Assembly (NCBI GenBank): GCA_026066175.1
Contig: GCA_026066175.1_4721.1
Strand: one strand, 5' to 3'
Source: a phage
DNA length: 64,000 nucleotides
This document shows, piece by piece, positions 1 through 10,464 of this stretch. Under the pieces are notes generated by a model. The model did no database searches. It was not told where the DNA came from and worked only from the letters and a program-made list of their open reading frames with translations. How positions within the stretch are numbered: the stretch's first letter is position 1; every line of letters starts with the position of its first letter. The position numbers and the translations under genes were made by a program.

Positions 1-1217
1 GCAGCCGGTGTACCCATATCGTCGGTAACACGTTGTGGGCTATCCGCAACCAGTTTCGCCATCGCGTTATACCCGTAAGCAGAAGTCACCATGTCGATCG
101 TGATATTGCTTTCCTTATTACGCATGATGCGTGTATAATTGCTGGCTTCAAGTGTGCGTGCAAAGAACTCGGGTATATTCGCGTTCTGTTCTAACATCGC
201 ACCGACAATGACATCGTCAGGAAGTTTATACAACTCGTGGATGCGATTATGCTCGAAGGTCAAATGCGTTTTCAAGCCGCTATCACGGACAATAACTTCC
301 AACGTTAAATCGCGAAGTGATTCAGCACCATCAGCACGTTCAACGAAATAGCTGACGTAATCAACAGGAATCCCGTAATCACGATGCGTAAGCATGCGGA
401 TACTATTTTCCTGGTTGGTGTGGTAGTAACGTCCTTTTCCGTTAGGGCCTTTCACGTAAATATCGACATCATCACGATACTGAATCTTAATATCTTTCTC
501 ATCTTTCGGTGGATGAATCAGATACTTCACTTTCTTGTCCAGATCGCTGTTATACGTTTTAAGGTCTTCGACACGGAAACTGTAACGATGGACAACCGTA
601 CCGTCGTAAACGACCTGAATGCTATCACCGATCTTAAAACTTGACGGCGGGATATCTTCAACCGCTTCACCGTTGATGCTACAATGCGTCCAACCGATTC
701 CGGTTTCCTGGATCTTTTTACGCCATGCGTATAGCTGACGTTGCCACTGCAGAACCTGTGTGGAACTCGTCACGATACCGCCCAGGATATGCACTTCACG
801 ACCCGTCGGTTTTGTATACGCTGGATAACCTTCAGCGAAGTCTGCGTTGAGATAGGTACGCCAGTAATAATCACCAACGCCAAGATCGGCGATATTCGGT
901 TGATCCAGTACGCAGATCAACATCGTTTCATTTTCCAGGTTACCGGTCCACGTCAGTGTTAACGGGAATTCTTTACCGTCTTCGGTATAGATGTTGTAAT
1001 AAGACCCTTTCACTTCGCAGAACTTGCTCAGTTCTCGCCACCATAACCGACCCGCCCCGACATTAAAATCCTCCCCCATATGGCGTCCGATAACAAACAC
1101 ATGGAACGTATTCGTATCGTCAGGAAGATTGAAGGTTCGATGCCATGCGGTAAAATTTTTTACAGCGCCGGTTTTTCCGGTGATACGACGCATCTTGATA
1201 CGATGCTGGTTGTCCAT
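1..1217 (-). CDS. hypothetical protein, partial (3' end lies beyond the window start)
   Basis: Manual reverse-strand translation from ATG (revcomp of ~1215-1217) gives >400 sense codons with no stop to the window edge (MDNQHRIKMRRITGKTGAVKNF...). Absent from the ORF track because the stop is outside the window; the plus-strand ORFs listed here are short. Start codon not certain (frame stays open further upstream). Confidence 0.5.
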   Translation of the reverse strand, partial: MDNQHRIKMRRITGKTGAVKNFTAWHRTFNLPDDTNTFHVFVIGRHMGEDFNVGAGRLWWRELSKFCEVKGSYYNIYTEDGKEFPLTLTWTGNLENETMLICVLDQPNIADLGVGDYYWRTYLNADFAEGYPAYTKPTGREVHILGGIVTSSTQVLQWQRQLYAWRKKIQETGIGWTHCSINGEAVEDIPPSSFKIGDSIQVVYDGTVVHRYSFRVEDLKTYNSDLDKKVKYLIHPPKDEKDIKIQYRDDVDIYVKGPNGKGRYYHTNQENSIRMLTHRDYGIPVDYVSYFVERADGAESLRDLTLEVIVRDSGLKTHLTFEHNRIHELYKLPDDVIVGAMLEQNANIPEFFARTLEASNYTRIMRNKESNITIDMVTSAYGYNAMAKLVADSPQRVTDDMGTPA

Positions 1218-1275
1218 TAACGGACGGCAGTTCACGTTCAGCGCAGCATGATTGATCAAGTATTGCGCGGTAGGA

Positions 1276-2223
1276 TTAGAAGCGTTCAACACCACGGCAT
1301 GCCTCCAAGAGGTATTTCATATTGGCTTGGAAATCATTGACGTCACGCGCCATGCGACGCTGATCCGCCATGAGACGAGCCAACACGGTATCACGATAAC
1401 CACGGTCGTGGTCAGCAGAAGAGCATAAAAGGATAAATGTTGGCGGATGCTCTAAAGCGATCCCGGCAACTTCTTTACTGTATCCCCCAACCCAACTGTA
1501 GGCGGTAATCTCAAACAACAGCGCTTGCGTTAACGTGTTCAAACGTGGGCTGATATTGCTTTCTTTTAATGCGGTAACAAAAGCCGCCATGTTAGGGATA
1601 AAGCCCAGGTTCTCGGTAACGATTCCGATGCTCGCAAAGTCGTAACGAAGCGTTGTCTGGATGGTACGTACCATCGTGAGTCTTTCATTATTTGTAAGGC
1701 TATCTTTAAATAAGCAAAGATAGTACCACGCTGTTATGATGGCAACATCACGACGCTGTTGGAGATCCAAACCTAAACGTTGAGTAATTTGTCCGCTGAT
1801 CCAATCGCAGAAGACACGCATCGGGATAGGACCAAGACGTTCAAAAGGGCGTGTGCCCAAGGATTCCCATCCTACCTGAAGATACGCACGTGATTGAAGA
1901 AAGTTATATTCACGTTCGTTAACGACGGTAGTACGCGATCCTGGGCGTGAAGTGTCGGTTGGTGTGCGAGCATAGGCACGCTGGTCGATGACGACGCGTT
2001 GTCCATCCATCACCGTTTTAATCACCAGCGGATGACCGAAGGAAGGAATATCGTCTAACGTGTTTTTGTTACCGATAACTTCTAAGACGGGGGTGTTTAC
2101 ACCATTTTCTTCTCCGGGTGCGCTTAACAACCCACCGACATAAGCAACCTCGATGGCGGTGCGAATACGGTCAATCCCTTTGAGTTTTGTTCCAACAGTT
2201 GTGTCGTAAGGAGAGATGAACAT
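1276..2223 (-). CDS. hypothetical protein
   Basis: ORF track 1276..2268 trimmed to internal ATG (MFISPYD...) preceded by AAGGAA Shine-Dalgarno; no recognisable motif. Confidence 0.6.
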   Translation of the reverse strand: MFISPYDTTVGTKLKGIDRIRTAIEVAYVGGLLSAPGEENGVNTPVLEVIGNKNTLDDIPSFGHPLVIKTVMDGQRVVIDQRAYARTPTDTSRPGSRTTVVNEREYNFLQSRAYLQVGWESLGTRPFERLGPIPMRVFCDWISGQITQRLGLDLQQRRDVAIITAWYYLCLFKDSLTNNERLTMVRTIQTTLRYDFASIGIVTENLGFIPNMAAFVTALKESNISPRLNTLTQALLFEITAYSWVGGYSKEVAGIALEHPPTFILLCSSADHDRGYRDTVLARLMADQRRMARDVNDFQANMKYLLEACRGVERF

Positions 2224-2368
2224 AGATAATTCCTTTATTACGGCATAGTAAGAAAACGGGTTACGCACACAGATTTAAGCATAATGGTAATATTTTACGT
2301 AATGCCTATGACATTGTGTCACGTGTGCAATTATGTCATACAATTTCCTTAATTTAAGGAGAGTTATA

Positions 2369-4447
2369 ATGAGGCTCAAAAACAGTACGCCTCGCGCGAT
2401 TTTCACGGGCTTTAAAGAGGGTCTCACTACGGATCCGGTAACCGCCCCTGAGATCACGCCCATTCACCTCCCGTATGTATACATTCAGGGTGGTCGTGGT
2501 AAAGAGGATACCTTGCTTTTAACAGGGGACGCCCTGTCCACCGTTTACGGTGACGAAATGTTGAATTACCGTAGTAAGTATGCTTCTCCTGCAACACTGA
2601 TTGCACGTCAAGCGGCTTCAACCGGTAGCGCAATTTTCACCAAACGTTTGGTATCACCCGATGCAAAATACGCACGTATTCGTATCGGCGTAGAAGTGGT
2701 TGACGATGTTCTTCCGGTATGGCAACGTAACCCCGACGGCTCCTATAAAAAGGATCAGGACGGTAACCGTATTCAGGATGCAGACAAGACCACAAACAAA
2801 GTTAAAATGCGTTGGGTCGTTAACCACGACAAAGACGCTGACTCACCGCATGAATTCGGTAAAGATGAGGTCACTATCGGATCAATGACCGCAACCGCGG
2901 ACGACGCGCAGAGTAACTACTATCCGATTCTGGATGGCCTGGTAAGCTGGCGTGGTGAGGAAGGCAACAATATCGGTCTGCGTTTAGAAGCGCCTACCGC
3001 ATTGAGCAGCAATCCGACCCGCACCGACATCATCGAACGCATCGGTGCATTCCTGTATCGCATTCAGTTCGTTGAACGTAAATCGGCACGTACTGCGCCA
3101 ACTGTCGTTCGCACCATCAGCGGTATGGAACAAGAAACGTTCGCATTGCAGACAGGTGTTATTCACCCGGACGACGAAACCGATCTGTCCTTTGATAAAG
3201 TCGTTGTTGATGCCTACGAGTACAATGAAACGGGGAATACCCCGATCTTTGCACCGATGGATCAACTTCACATTTATCAGAAGAATATCGACGAGCTGAC
3301 TAAGCGTCTGTATGATGCTGAGAAAGCGGAAGCCGGAAACCATCTGCTGACCGACGTGGAATTCGTTGAAGGTCAGATGAACATCCTTACCGGTGTTGAC
3401 TACAACGGTATTCCGTACTACGCGGTGGAAGTCCTGGATGCGGACGAAGGCGGCGTTATCTTTGATGGTAGCAGCACCTTCTACGCGATCGACGGCAGCG
3501 ATGGCACCGTTGACTGGGATACCTTCGATGCGTTAGCGCAACAGCAGTTCGCGTCGTTCGGTAACATGGGTGAAGACCTGGAAGACATGGCGTATTATCC
3601 GTTCTCTATCGTGTACGACATTGGTTACAAAGTCGATACGAAGAAAGCAATGGCTAACGTCTTGTCCCTGCGTCCAGACGTCATGATTATTGCGTCAACC
3701 CATACCTGGAAAGGTGTGGAACTGAACGTCGACGAAGAAAGCTCCATGGGTGCAATGCTGCGTAACTATTATCGCCTGCATCCAGAAAGCGTGCTTTATA
3801 ACACCCCAGCGTGTCGTGCTGCTGTGTTCATGCAGTACGGTGAAAGCATCGAAGCGCCGAGCTTAGGTAAAGTTCCATTAACCATGGAAGTGGCTAACAA
3901 GCTGGCAACCTACATGGGTGCTTCCGATGGTGTTATTCGTGGAACCCGCATCGATAACAACCCTGGTAACGTTGTCACAACGATGCGTAAAATCAACAAG
4001 ACGTATCGTAACGCAACGGTTCGTGATCGTGATTGGGAAAACGGTTTGAACTATGTTCAGACTTATAACCGTAATTCCAACTTCTTCCCGGCGTGGGGCA
4101 CGATCTACAACAACGACCGTTCGGTATGGCGTTCGTTGATCAACGTGATCATCGGTTGCGATCTGACTCGCGTATGCTATCGTCTCTGGGCAGAAACCAC
4201 CGGTACAACAGGAATGGATGAAACCCTGTTCCTGAAACTGATGGGCGAACGCTTCCTGGAATACACCACGGGTCGTTATAACGACCACGTGACCGTTAAG
4301 GGACGTTTCTACCTGGATAAAGAAGACGGTTATAACGGCTTCAGCTATCATGGTGATATTAGCCTGATCGGTGATCCGGGTATGACCGTGGGTACGTTTA
4401 CCATCACCGGGCTGCGTCGTAACACCGAAGCAGCTGAAGCGGCGTAA
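2369..4447 (+). CDS. putative tail sheath protein (by size and context only)
   Basis: ORF track 2333..4447 trimmed to ATG at 2369 with AAGGAG SD. ~692 aa, immediately followed by a ~296 aa gene and a strong hairpin terminator; size pair resembles the sheath/tube pair of phiKZ-like myophages. No motif-level confirmation. Confidence 0.4.
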   Translation: MRLKNSTPRAIFTGFKEGLTTDPVTAPEITPIHLPYVYIQGGRGKEDTLLLTGDALSTVYGDEMLNYRSKYASPATLIARQAASTGSAIFTKRLVSPDAKYARIRIGVEVVDDVLPVWQRNPDGSYKKDQDGNRIQDADKTTNKVKMRWVVNHDKDADSPHEFGKDEVTIGSMTATADDAQSNYYPILDGLVSWRGEEGNNIGLRLEAPTALSSNPTRTDIIERIGAFLYRIQFVERKSARTAPTVVRTISGMEQETFALQTGVIHPDDETDLSFDKVVVDAYEYNETGNTPIFAPMDQLHIYQKNIDELTKRLYDAEKAEAGNHLLTDVEFVEGQMNILTGVDYNGIPYYAVEVLDADEGGVIFDGSSTFYAIDGSDGTVDWDTFDALAQQQFASFGNMGEDLEDMAYYPFSIVYDIGYKVDTKKAMANVLSLRPDVMIIASTHTWKGVELNVDEESSMGAMLRNYYRLHPESVLYNTPACRAAVFMQYGESIEAPSLGKVPLTMEVANKLATYMGASDGVIRGTRIDNNPGNVVTTMRKINKTYRNATVRDRDWENGLNYVQTYNRNSNFFPAWGTIYNNDRSVWRSLINVIIGCDLTRVCYRLWAETTGTTGMDETLFLKLMGERFLEYTTGRYNDHVTVKGRFYLDKEDGYNGFSYHGDISLIGDPGMTVGTFTITGLRRNTEAAEAA

Positions 4448-4462
4448 TGAGAGGAGTCCATA

Positions 4463-5353
4463 ATGCGTCCTGATAATACCCTACTCGGTGAACAGGGTGT
4501 TGGTGCTCTTAGCAACGCGGCTATGGTCGATATTCGTGCAGGTGCCCAAAACGGGTACATCAGCAATATCGGTACGTACGTTGCTAACGCCAACTACATT
4601 CCGAACCAAATGTTCTGCCTCCTGCTGGAGGCACCACGTGGTTTCAACTACCTGCCTAACCCGGATGTCCAGATCGGCTATCTGAAAGCGCTGGTAGAAG
4701 AAGTTGCGCATTCGATTACCGGTCTGCAACGTGGACTGGAAGTTGAATTCGTTAGCGTCCCGGTTTCTGGTTCCGGTGAAATCCAGGAAGAAGTCTCTGA
4801 CGTTAAACGTCCTCGCTCTAACCCGACCTTCGGGATCTATGAGAAAGAAGGCCGTTCTGTCAGCTACTTCCTGGAGCAATGGATCACGTATCTGTTGATG
4901 GATCCGGATGCCAAGTATCCGATGCTGTCGTCTATCGTATCCACTGGTGGTCCAACCGACCTGCTGGCGGATTATCGTAGCGCAACAATGCTGTTCGTTG
5001 AGCCAGACCGTCAACACAAGAAAGTGGTTAACGCCTGGCTGTGCACGAACATGATGCCTCACGGTACCGGTGACTGGACATCACGTCGTAACAAGAACGA
5101 TGCGCCAAACGTGGTAGAATTGAGCATTCAGTTCACCGCGTTAACACAGACCAACTACGGCGTGCGTGCTTTTGCACAACGTCTGCTGGATAAGATGAAC
5201 CTGCTTAAAGTGAACCCGGATTTCCGTCCGGCATACTTAAGCGACATCGATCCGGCTGTTGCTGCACAGAAGGTGGGTTACACCTTCGACTTTGATAACA
5301 ACGATACCTTCGAGGTACCGAGCGCTTATCAAAACGTAACACCTCGCGTGTAA
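4463..5353 (+). CDS. putative tail tube protein (by size and context only)
   Basis: 296 aa ORF with GAGGAG SD, 15 nt after the upstream gene, followed by an A-run and a 12-bp-stem hairpin; context-based call. Confidence 0.4.
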   Translation: MRPDNTLLGEQGVGALSNAAMVDIRAGAQNGYISNIGTYVANANYIPNQMFCLLLEAPRGFNYLPNPDVQIGYLKALVEEVAHSITGLQRGLEVEFVSVPVSGSGEIQEEVSDVKRPRSNPTFGIYEKEGRSVSYFLEQWITYLLMDPDAKYPMLSSIVSTGGPTDLLADYRSATMLFVEPDRQHKKVVNAWLCTNMMPHGTGDWTSRRNKNDAPNVVELSIQFTALTQTNYGVRAFAQRLLDKMNLLKVNPDFRPAYLSDIDPAVAAQKVGYTFDFDNNDTFEVPSAYQNVTPRV

Positions 5354-5374
5354 CGTAAAAAAAAAACATATTAC

Positions 5375-5412
5375 ATCCTCCTTCCCCGGCCTGATGGCTA
5401 GGGAAGGAGGAT
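5375..5412. terminator. GC-rich hairpin, likely bidirectional intrinsic terminator (ATCCTCCTTCCC-loop-GGGAAGGAGGAT)
   Basis: Perfect 12-bp inverted repeat with 14-nt loop between convergent genes, flanked by A10 and T-rich tracts; same arms recur at 52920-52957 with the loop reverse-complemented. Confidence 0.6.
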
Positions 5413-5422
5413 TATGGTTTAT

Positions 5423-5962
5423 TTACTGTTGGTTCTTAGCTTCACGAATGAAAATGACATCAGGGTATTCTTGGGATTCAATGAATTCAGGATTACGATA
5501 ACGACGAATATGACGCATTGTCGTACAAGCAAGTTTGTAAAGATGTTCCTCCTCACGTTGTGTTAATAACATCAGTTGCGCGTCTGGAATCACGAATGGG
5601 AGTCTTTCATTCACGTATTCCCGAAGGTCATCGAGATCATCGTGATGAATGCCCTCTGAGAGCTTATATAACGCTTCCAGCAATTCTAATCCACCGAACT
5701 GGTAACTTCCTATTGTCGTCTTAAACAATGCGCCAGAACGCGTGGTGGATGCTCTATCGGCGACATCGTATTGTTCTAACATATATCCGTAGACCATGCT
5801 ACGTCGATCCAGTGTATCCGTAACGAGATTACGCCACCGTTCCAGTCTTTCGAGCGCTTTGTCGATAGAGTAAACGATCATGCCATGTTCATCCAACTCT
5901 TCCGCAATACCCAATAGTTCATTGTTGTTAGGTTTTGCTGCACCGATAAGAAAAACACTCAT
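5423..5962 (-). CDS. hypothetical protein
   Basis: 179 aa ORF; start ATG overlaps the stop of the upstream gene (TAATG), suggesting translational coupling. Confidence 0.65.
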   Translation of the reverse strand: MSVFLIGAAKPNNNELLGIAEELDEHGMIVYSIDKALERLERWRNLVTDTLDRRSMVYGYMLEQYDVADRASTTRSGALFKTTIGSYQFGGLELLEALYKLSEGIHHDDLDDLREYVNERLPFVIPDAQLMLLTQREEEHLYKLACTTMRHIRRYRNPEFIESQEYPDVIFIREAKNQQ

Positions 5963-6375
5963 TACTCAAACTCCTTATTCCAAAACTCGATTAATGAATC
6001 GAGCTGTTCCTTACTGGTTATCTCACCTCCCCTAACAAAATGAAATCGTTCCTGAATGGCGATCTTTTCAAGGATATCGGTAAGCAAATGACGGTGACAG
6101 AAATTTCCTGCAGGACAATAACACCCTAACACCACAACAGGATGGGAGAATAAAACCAACCATTCCGGTGTATGATCAACAAAGCTTTTGCGCATAAGCG
6201 CGTAGTAGCCTGTGGTATATTCATCCTCGGTTAACGTTTTTGATTTGATTCCTGTAACAAGTTCCCATGAAGGTGCGAAGAGTGGGTTACCTGTTTTCAC
6301 CGTCGTGTCCAGTAGGAACGCTCGTGTGTCTGAAAGCCAACGATGTTTGGCTAATTGAAGGGTGTATAAAAACAC
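5962..6375 (-). CDS. DUF488/DUF4326-like protein (conserved C-x-C...CHRH motif)
   Basis: 137 aa ORF containing VVVLGCYCPAGNFCHRHLL, resembling the LLC-x-C...CHR signature I recall for DUF488-type proteins; not database-verified. Confidence 0.45.
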   Translation of the reverse strand: MFLYTLQLAKHRWLSDTRAFLLDTTVKTGNPLFAPSWELVTGIKSKTLTEDEYTTGYYALMRKSFVDHTPEWLVLFSHPVVVLGCYCPAGNFCHRHLLTDILEKIAIQERFHFVRGGEITSKEQLDSLIEFWNKEFE

Positions 6376-6414
6376 AGCGCTAACCCCAAAGGATAAAAAT
6401 AAAACCTTGACATA

Positions 6415-6450
6415 ACCACCACCGCAACCCCATACAGGGCTACGGTGGGG
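6415..6450. terminator. imperfect GC-rich hairpin downstream of minus-strand gene 6481..6960
   Basis: ACCACCG...CGGTGGGG inverted repeat followed by T-rich tract on the transcribed strand. Confidence 0.4.
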
Positions 6451-6480
6451 TTTATACAGAGAGACGAGTTAAATTACAAA

Positions 6481-6960
6481 TTAGCCTTTCAGCAGCTCAG
6501 CTGCATATGCACTGATGTTATCGCGAATATGCTTAACCTGAGTTGTTGGGAAGGATTTCTTATACGCGGTAGTCAGACGTCCGTAAACCTGTTTCTTCTC
6601 GTTAGAGCCGAAACCAACTTCAGCGCTACGTTGAACGGTTGCTGATACAACGTCTTTACCCAGCGGCAGCGTAACAGAAACAACGTCAACCTGCTTGTTG
6701 TCTGCCATGAACTGCGCACCAACGCGACCCACTGCCAGGCCATGAGCCAGACCGATGTCTGTTGTCAGTTTCTGTGCTTTTTCCAGGATTTCTTTTTCTT
6801 CTGGTGTTACCAGCGTACCAATGAAATCACTGCCCAGCTTCTGGCTACCTGATTCGTCCAGTTTGAGACCAGCAGCGATTTTATCAGAAAGAGCCTGAAC
6901 TTCCGGACGTACGTTAGAAGTGGTTTCAGTCGCTACGGTGGTTTCTACTGCTTCAGACAT
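6481..6960 (-). CDS. hypothetical protein
   Basis: ORF track 6481..6993 trimmed to ATG (MSEAVETT...) with GGAG SD; lies ~120 nt downstream of a TATATTAC-type motif on its strand. Confidence 0.65.
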   Translation of the reverse strand: MSEAVETTVATETTSNVRPEVQALSDKIAAGLKLDESGSQKLGSDFIGTLVTPEEKEILEKAQKLTTDIGLAHGLAVGRVGAQFMADNKQVDVVSVTLPLGKDVVSATVQRSAEVGFGSNEKKQVYGRLTTAYKKSFPTTQVKHIRDNISAYAAELLKG

Positions 6961-7080
6961 GTTAGTACTCCAATTAGTTTTTCGATCGATCAAAAGGATA
7001 AAATCAGAAGATTCTTTTCTTCATAGGGAAAACACAAGTCGGTTAAGGTTTACTTCTCAAACTCCTTGCGTTCTATCAGT

Positions 7081-7095
7081 TAGGTAATATAGACC
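7081..7095 (-). promoter_or_regulatory. candidate phage early promoter motif (GGTCTATATTACCTA on the transcribed strand)
   Basis: Plus-strand TAGGTAATATAGACC; one of five copies of GTAATATAG(C/T)C, all placed so that TATATTAC reads toward a downstream minus-strand gene start. Confidence 0.45.
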
Positions 7096-7893
7096 TCAAC
7101 TTTTTTCCAATAATGCCGCAACGGAACGGGCGAATCGGATAACCTTGTAGTTGCGTGTCTGTGTGACATCTTCCCCATCGCTGTCCTCTTCGGACGGATC
7201 TTCCCACGTGAACTCTTGTTCCTCCGCTTTCTGGAGGTAACGATACAACTGCACCATACTGCGGGCTGTCGGAGAGATCGCTTGAAGTTCAGTTAAGTCA
7301 TCTTCCGTCAACAACACGTGCGGTGAACGCAGCGGTTCCATCGTGGTATTGCATAACAGACGAATCAGAAGATCCACGCATGGAATAATCGAACCTGGTG
7401 ACGCGATTTCAGGATGCAGCGTATACTGCCAATATACAGTGTTGTAATACGTCAATACCGCAGGTAACGACGGGTGTTCCATTACACGTGCGATTTGCTG
7501 TCTTACGATTGATGCGCGATCATTCAGAACATCAAGCGTGATCTGTTGTGGTTCCATCACCGCCATTGAAATGCCGTATGCGTCAGCCACGCCCAGGATT
7601 TCATGAAGGGACTGATGTTCTTCTTCAACAGATGTTGTTCCAACGGCTTTACGTCCAGCCAGCTCAATAAGCATGGGTGTAACGGTCTCTTTAACCGCGT
7701 TAAAAGAAGCCTGGTAAGCATGCTTGTGGAGATACAACGTCCAGGCTAATGCACGTTCTGCCGTATGCAGAAGATCAACATAAGACAGATCTTGATAACA
7801 AGGTCCGTATACGCTTACGGCAAGCTTGGTGGCTTTCTCGGATGCAGCCATAATAGCATCCGGTGATTTAGGCATATCGCGTTCTTCTTGCAT
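7096..7893 (-). CDS. hypothetical protein
   Basis: 265 aa ORF from track; no motif recognised. Confidence 0.65.
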   Translation of the reverse strand: MQEERDMPKSPDAIMAASEKATKLAVSVYGPCYQDLSYVDLLHTAERALAWTLYLHKHAYQASFNAVKETVTPMLIELAGRKAVGTTSVEEEHQSLHEILGVADAYGISMAVMEPQQITLDVLNDRASIVRQQIARVMEHPSLPAVLTYYNTVYWQYTLHPEIASPGSIIPCVDLLIRLLCNTTMEPLRSPHVLLTEDDLTELQAISPTARSMVQLYRYLQKAEEQEFTWEDPSEEDSDGEDVTQTRNYKVIRFARSVAALLEKS

Positions 7894-7904
7894 CTTTTTA
7901 ATTC

Positions 7905-7994
7905 CTACTCAACAAAAGGTTCGTGTTCGACATCACGTGTCATGTATCCGTAGAATAATGAGTCCTGGTAAGCTTTTACATCAAAAGACGGCAT
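7905..7994 (-). CDS. possible small ORF (29 aa, MPSFDVKAYQDSLFYGYMTRDVEHEPFVE)
   Basis: Found by manual translation; ATG preceded by GAGGAGG SD at ~10 nt spacing; too short for the ORF track. Confidence 0.2.
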   Translation of the reverse strand: MPSFDVKAYQDSLFYGYMTRDVEHEPFVE

Positions 7995-8177
7995 AAAAAG
8001 TACCTCCTCACCCACAAGGGGCAAGGAGGTTCGTCCATCACGACGGAAGGACGTTATGTGACGCGGTGTCCATAACGGCCCTGGTAGCAGGCATTAAAGA
8101 TAACAAAAAGGATGTAAGTTGAGCTAAACCACCTAAATACGGTAACGATGACTTCCGTACACAATATACTGCAACAC

Positions 8178-8987
8178 TTACCACTGGTTAAAGCTACCCG
8201 CTTTAACGACATCGCAACGCAGATGGTTACGTAACTGATCCAGGAAGACAACCGGGCTATCGCCGGATAGCATGGTCAGGGCATGTTGTCCACCGGAACG
8301 AACAACCAGCTCATCAACCATCGGTGCGGTAATCGGAAGATCGTACGCATCCATGATGGCTTTAGCTTCCTGTTCGAGGTCTTTCTGGAAGCCTTCCATC
8401 GTTGGAGAGTCGTATTTGGTTGCAAACTCGATCCCCGGTAAGTTGACATAATCGTACGTCATAACGCGGGTCATTACACGACGTCGCTCATGTTGCCAAA
8501 TCTGAGGATCGGTTAACGCGCGTACTGAAAAACACACGTTCACCAACGGCGTTTCAAAGTCTTTACGTAACGCATCACCATACGGACCACAAGGAATAAC
8601 ATCCCCCATCACCATCACGACAGGACGACCACGACGGTCGCGTCCTGATTCCTCTAACCAAATCTTAGAAAAGCAATGGCTTACCTTGGTTTCTTCGATT
8701 CGTAATGCACGCTGTAAAAAACTGGTTGCATCCTGACCAACTTCTGGTTTCGGATGACCGTACTCACCTTTCAATGAACGGTTACGTGCATTCGTTTGCA
8801 ATAAGCTGTTTTCTAAGAACAGCGGTTTCGAACGTTCAAGTTCGTAATATTCTTCGGTATTGTTAAAGCAGTTAAATCCGCCTATGACACAGGTGTAGGC
8901 ACCGTCGGCGTTAGGACGGATAATGCCTTTCTTATTTACACCAAGATAACTGGTGCAAACAAGATTACTAATTGGTGGTTGCATCAT
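8178..8987 (-). CDS. hypothetical protein
   Basis: 269 aa ORF with AAGGGG SD. Confidence 0.65.
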   Translation of the reverse strand: MMQPPISNLVCTSYLGVNKKGIIRPNADGAYTCVIGGFNCFNNTEEYYELERSKPLFLENSLLQTNARNRSLKGEYGHPKPEVGQDATSFLQRALRIEETKVSHCFSKIWLEESGRDRRGRPVVMVMGDVIPCGPYGDALRKDFETPLVNVCFSVRALTDPQIWQHERRRVMTRVMTYDYVNLPGIEFATKYDSPTMEGFQKDLEQEAKAIMDAYDLPITAPMVDELVVRSGGQHALTMLSGDSPVVFLDQLRNHLRCDVVKAGSFNQW

Positions 8988-9020
8988 AACCCCTTAATAA
9001 GCAACTAAATGAAAACACGA

Positions 9021-9752
9021 TTACCACGCATACGATCCAGCGCTTTGATGTCCTAAAAGGACCAACGCATCATCTTTAGCAGCCAGGTATTTATCCATTG
9101 TAATTTTCGTTACCGACACATTGGAAAAATCCATAACCCCCAACCGATGATCGTAATGGTTAATTTGCATTCGGTAATACCCTTTCTTTACAACCAGGAA
9201 CTCACCTTGACGCAACCATAACGGAACATCATCGACTTCCGCATGAATGTAGAACACAGGACACTCTGTCGATACGGAGCTGTCTTTTCCGTCTTTGTCC
9301 TTGATCTTACCCTTGGGTATAGCCGCAATAAAACATTCACCGATACGTTTGGTGTGGTAACCTTCCGGGTATCGTGGGTCGTGAAATAACCAATGTTCGT
9401 CACTGATATCAACATCGGATAACAGCGTACGATGAGGACGTAATGCAAGATCGAACGGAACCCGATAGATGACATACCCACCTAACCAGTGCGCGAGATT
9501 ACCCCCAGAGTAGTACTGCTTAATGGCGGTGCTGTAGCCGTATATGCAACCCATCAGACTGCTGGATACACAAATCCGTGGAAACGAACCATCCTCCATC
9601 CTCAAGGTACGCTGAGGAATACGAGGTGTCATCGTTGTCAATTCGGTATCGGTGCTGATGTGTAATAAGCCGAACGGTAACGTTCTGCTGGGTACCCACG
9701 CACAGCGTTCCATAATCGCTCTTGGGACAATTGTCTCGATAGTCGATAACAT
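9021..9752 (-). CDS. hypothetical protein
   Basis: 243 aa ORF with GAGGGGG SD. Confidence 0.65.
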   Translation of the reverse strand: MLSTIETIVPRAIMERCAWVPSRTLPFGLLHISTDTELTTMTPRIPQRTLRMEDGSFPRICVSSSLMGCIYGYSTAIKQYYSGGNLAHWLGGYVIYRVPFDLALRPHRTLLSDVDISDEHWLFHDPRYPEGYHTKRIGECFIAAIPKGKIKDKDGKDSSVSTECPVFYIHAEVDDVPLWLRQGEFLVVKKGYYRMQINHYDHRLGVMDFSNVSVTKITMDKYLAAKDDALVLLGHQSAGSYAW

Positions 9753-9753
9753 A

Positions 9754-10464
9754 TTACCCCCTCAGAATCGCTTCTGTTTCGCTGATCGTATCCGCAGGAT
9801 AAACCAAACTACTGTCGATGGCGTTATTGACATAACCACCCATTAAGTTGGTGATGGTGTTTGTACCGCTATCGATGATGTTTCGTAATCCGATATCGAT
9901 GGCTTTTAACGTGCTGCGTTCCTCATCCGAAAGCAAACGCCATGCCCGACGACGGTCGTTGGGATCACGCGTGGTGATAGACGCCAGAACAGAATAAATG
10001 CTGCTGTCTGCGTTCAGCTTAACTCCGGCTAATTTTGCAGAGGTATACAACAACTGGTATTTCTCTTTCTCGGTATACCACCATGGTACCTTACCGAGTG
10101 TGTAGATCTCGTTATACATCAACCAAGGAAAAGAGTTGCGCATAACAACATCGGTCGATACCAACACGGTATCACCTGGAAGAAAGACAAATTCATAAAA
10201 CGGTTGACCATCCATGGTAATCTCACGGATGTCGGACGGGTCGATATGGAGCTGGGTCAATGCGTGGCTGACACCATACTGACCATCAGGAAGAAGAATC
10301 GGGCAGCATGCACATACCCGGTTCTCGCTCCCGATGATAGATAAACCCAATCCTTCGTAACGGACGGGTGTCAGAATTGAACACCCGCCTCGTGTCACAA
10401 CGGATTTATCTTCTTGTATGTCCCAGTCCGCCAGTACCGCAGCACCGTTGCGGACAAGCGCCAT
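9754..10464 (-). CDS. hypothetical protein
   Basis: 236 aa ORF; ATG immediately after the TAA of the upstream gene with GAGGTG SD. Confidence 0.65.
   Translation of the reverse strand: MALVRNGAAVLADWDIQEDKSVVTRGGCSILTPVRYEGLGLSIIGSENRVCACCPILLPDGQYGVSHALTQLHIDPSDIREITMDGQPFYEFVFLPGDTVLVSTDVVMRNSFPWLMYNEIYTLGKVPWWYTEKEKYQLLYTSAKLAGVKLNADSSIYSVLASITTRDPNDRRRAWRLLSDEERSTLKAIDIGLRNIIDSGTNTITNLMGGYVNNAIDSSLVYPADTISETEAILRG

Noticed and set aside
8054-8251. Track ORF (65 aa, minus strand)
   Set aside because: Overlaps the 3' end of the well-supported gene 8178..8987 in another frame and has no SD; likely spurious.
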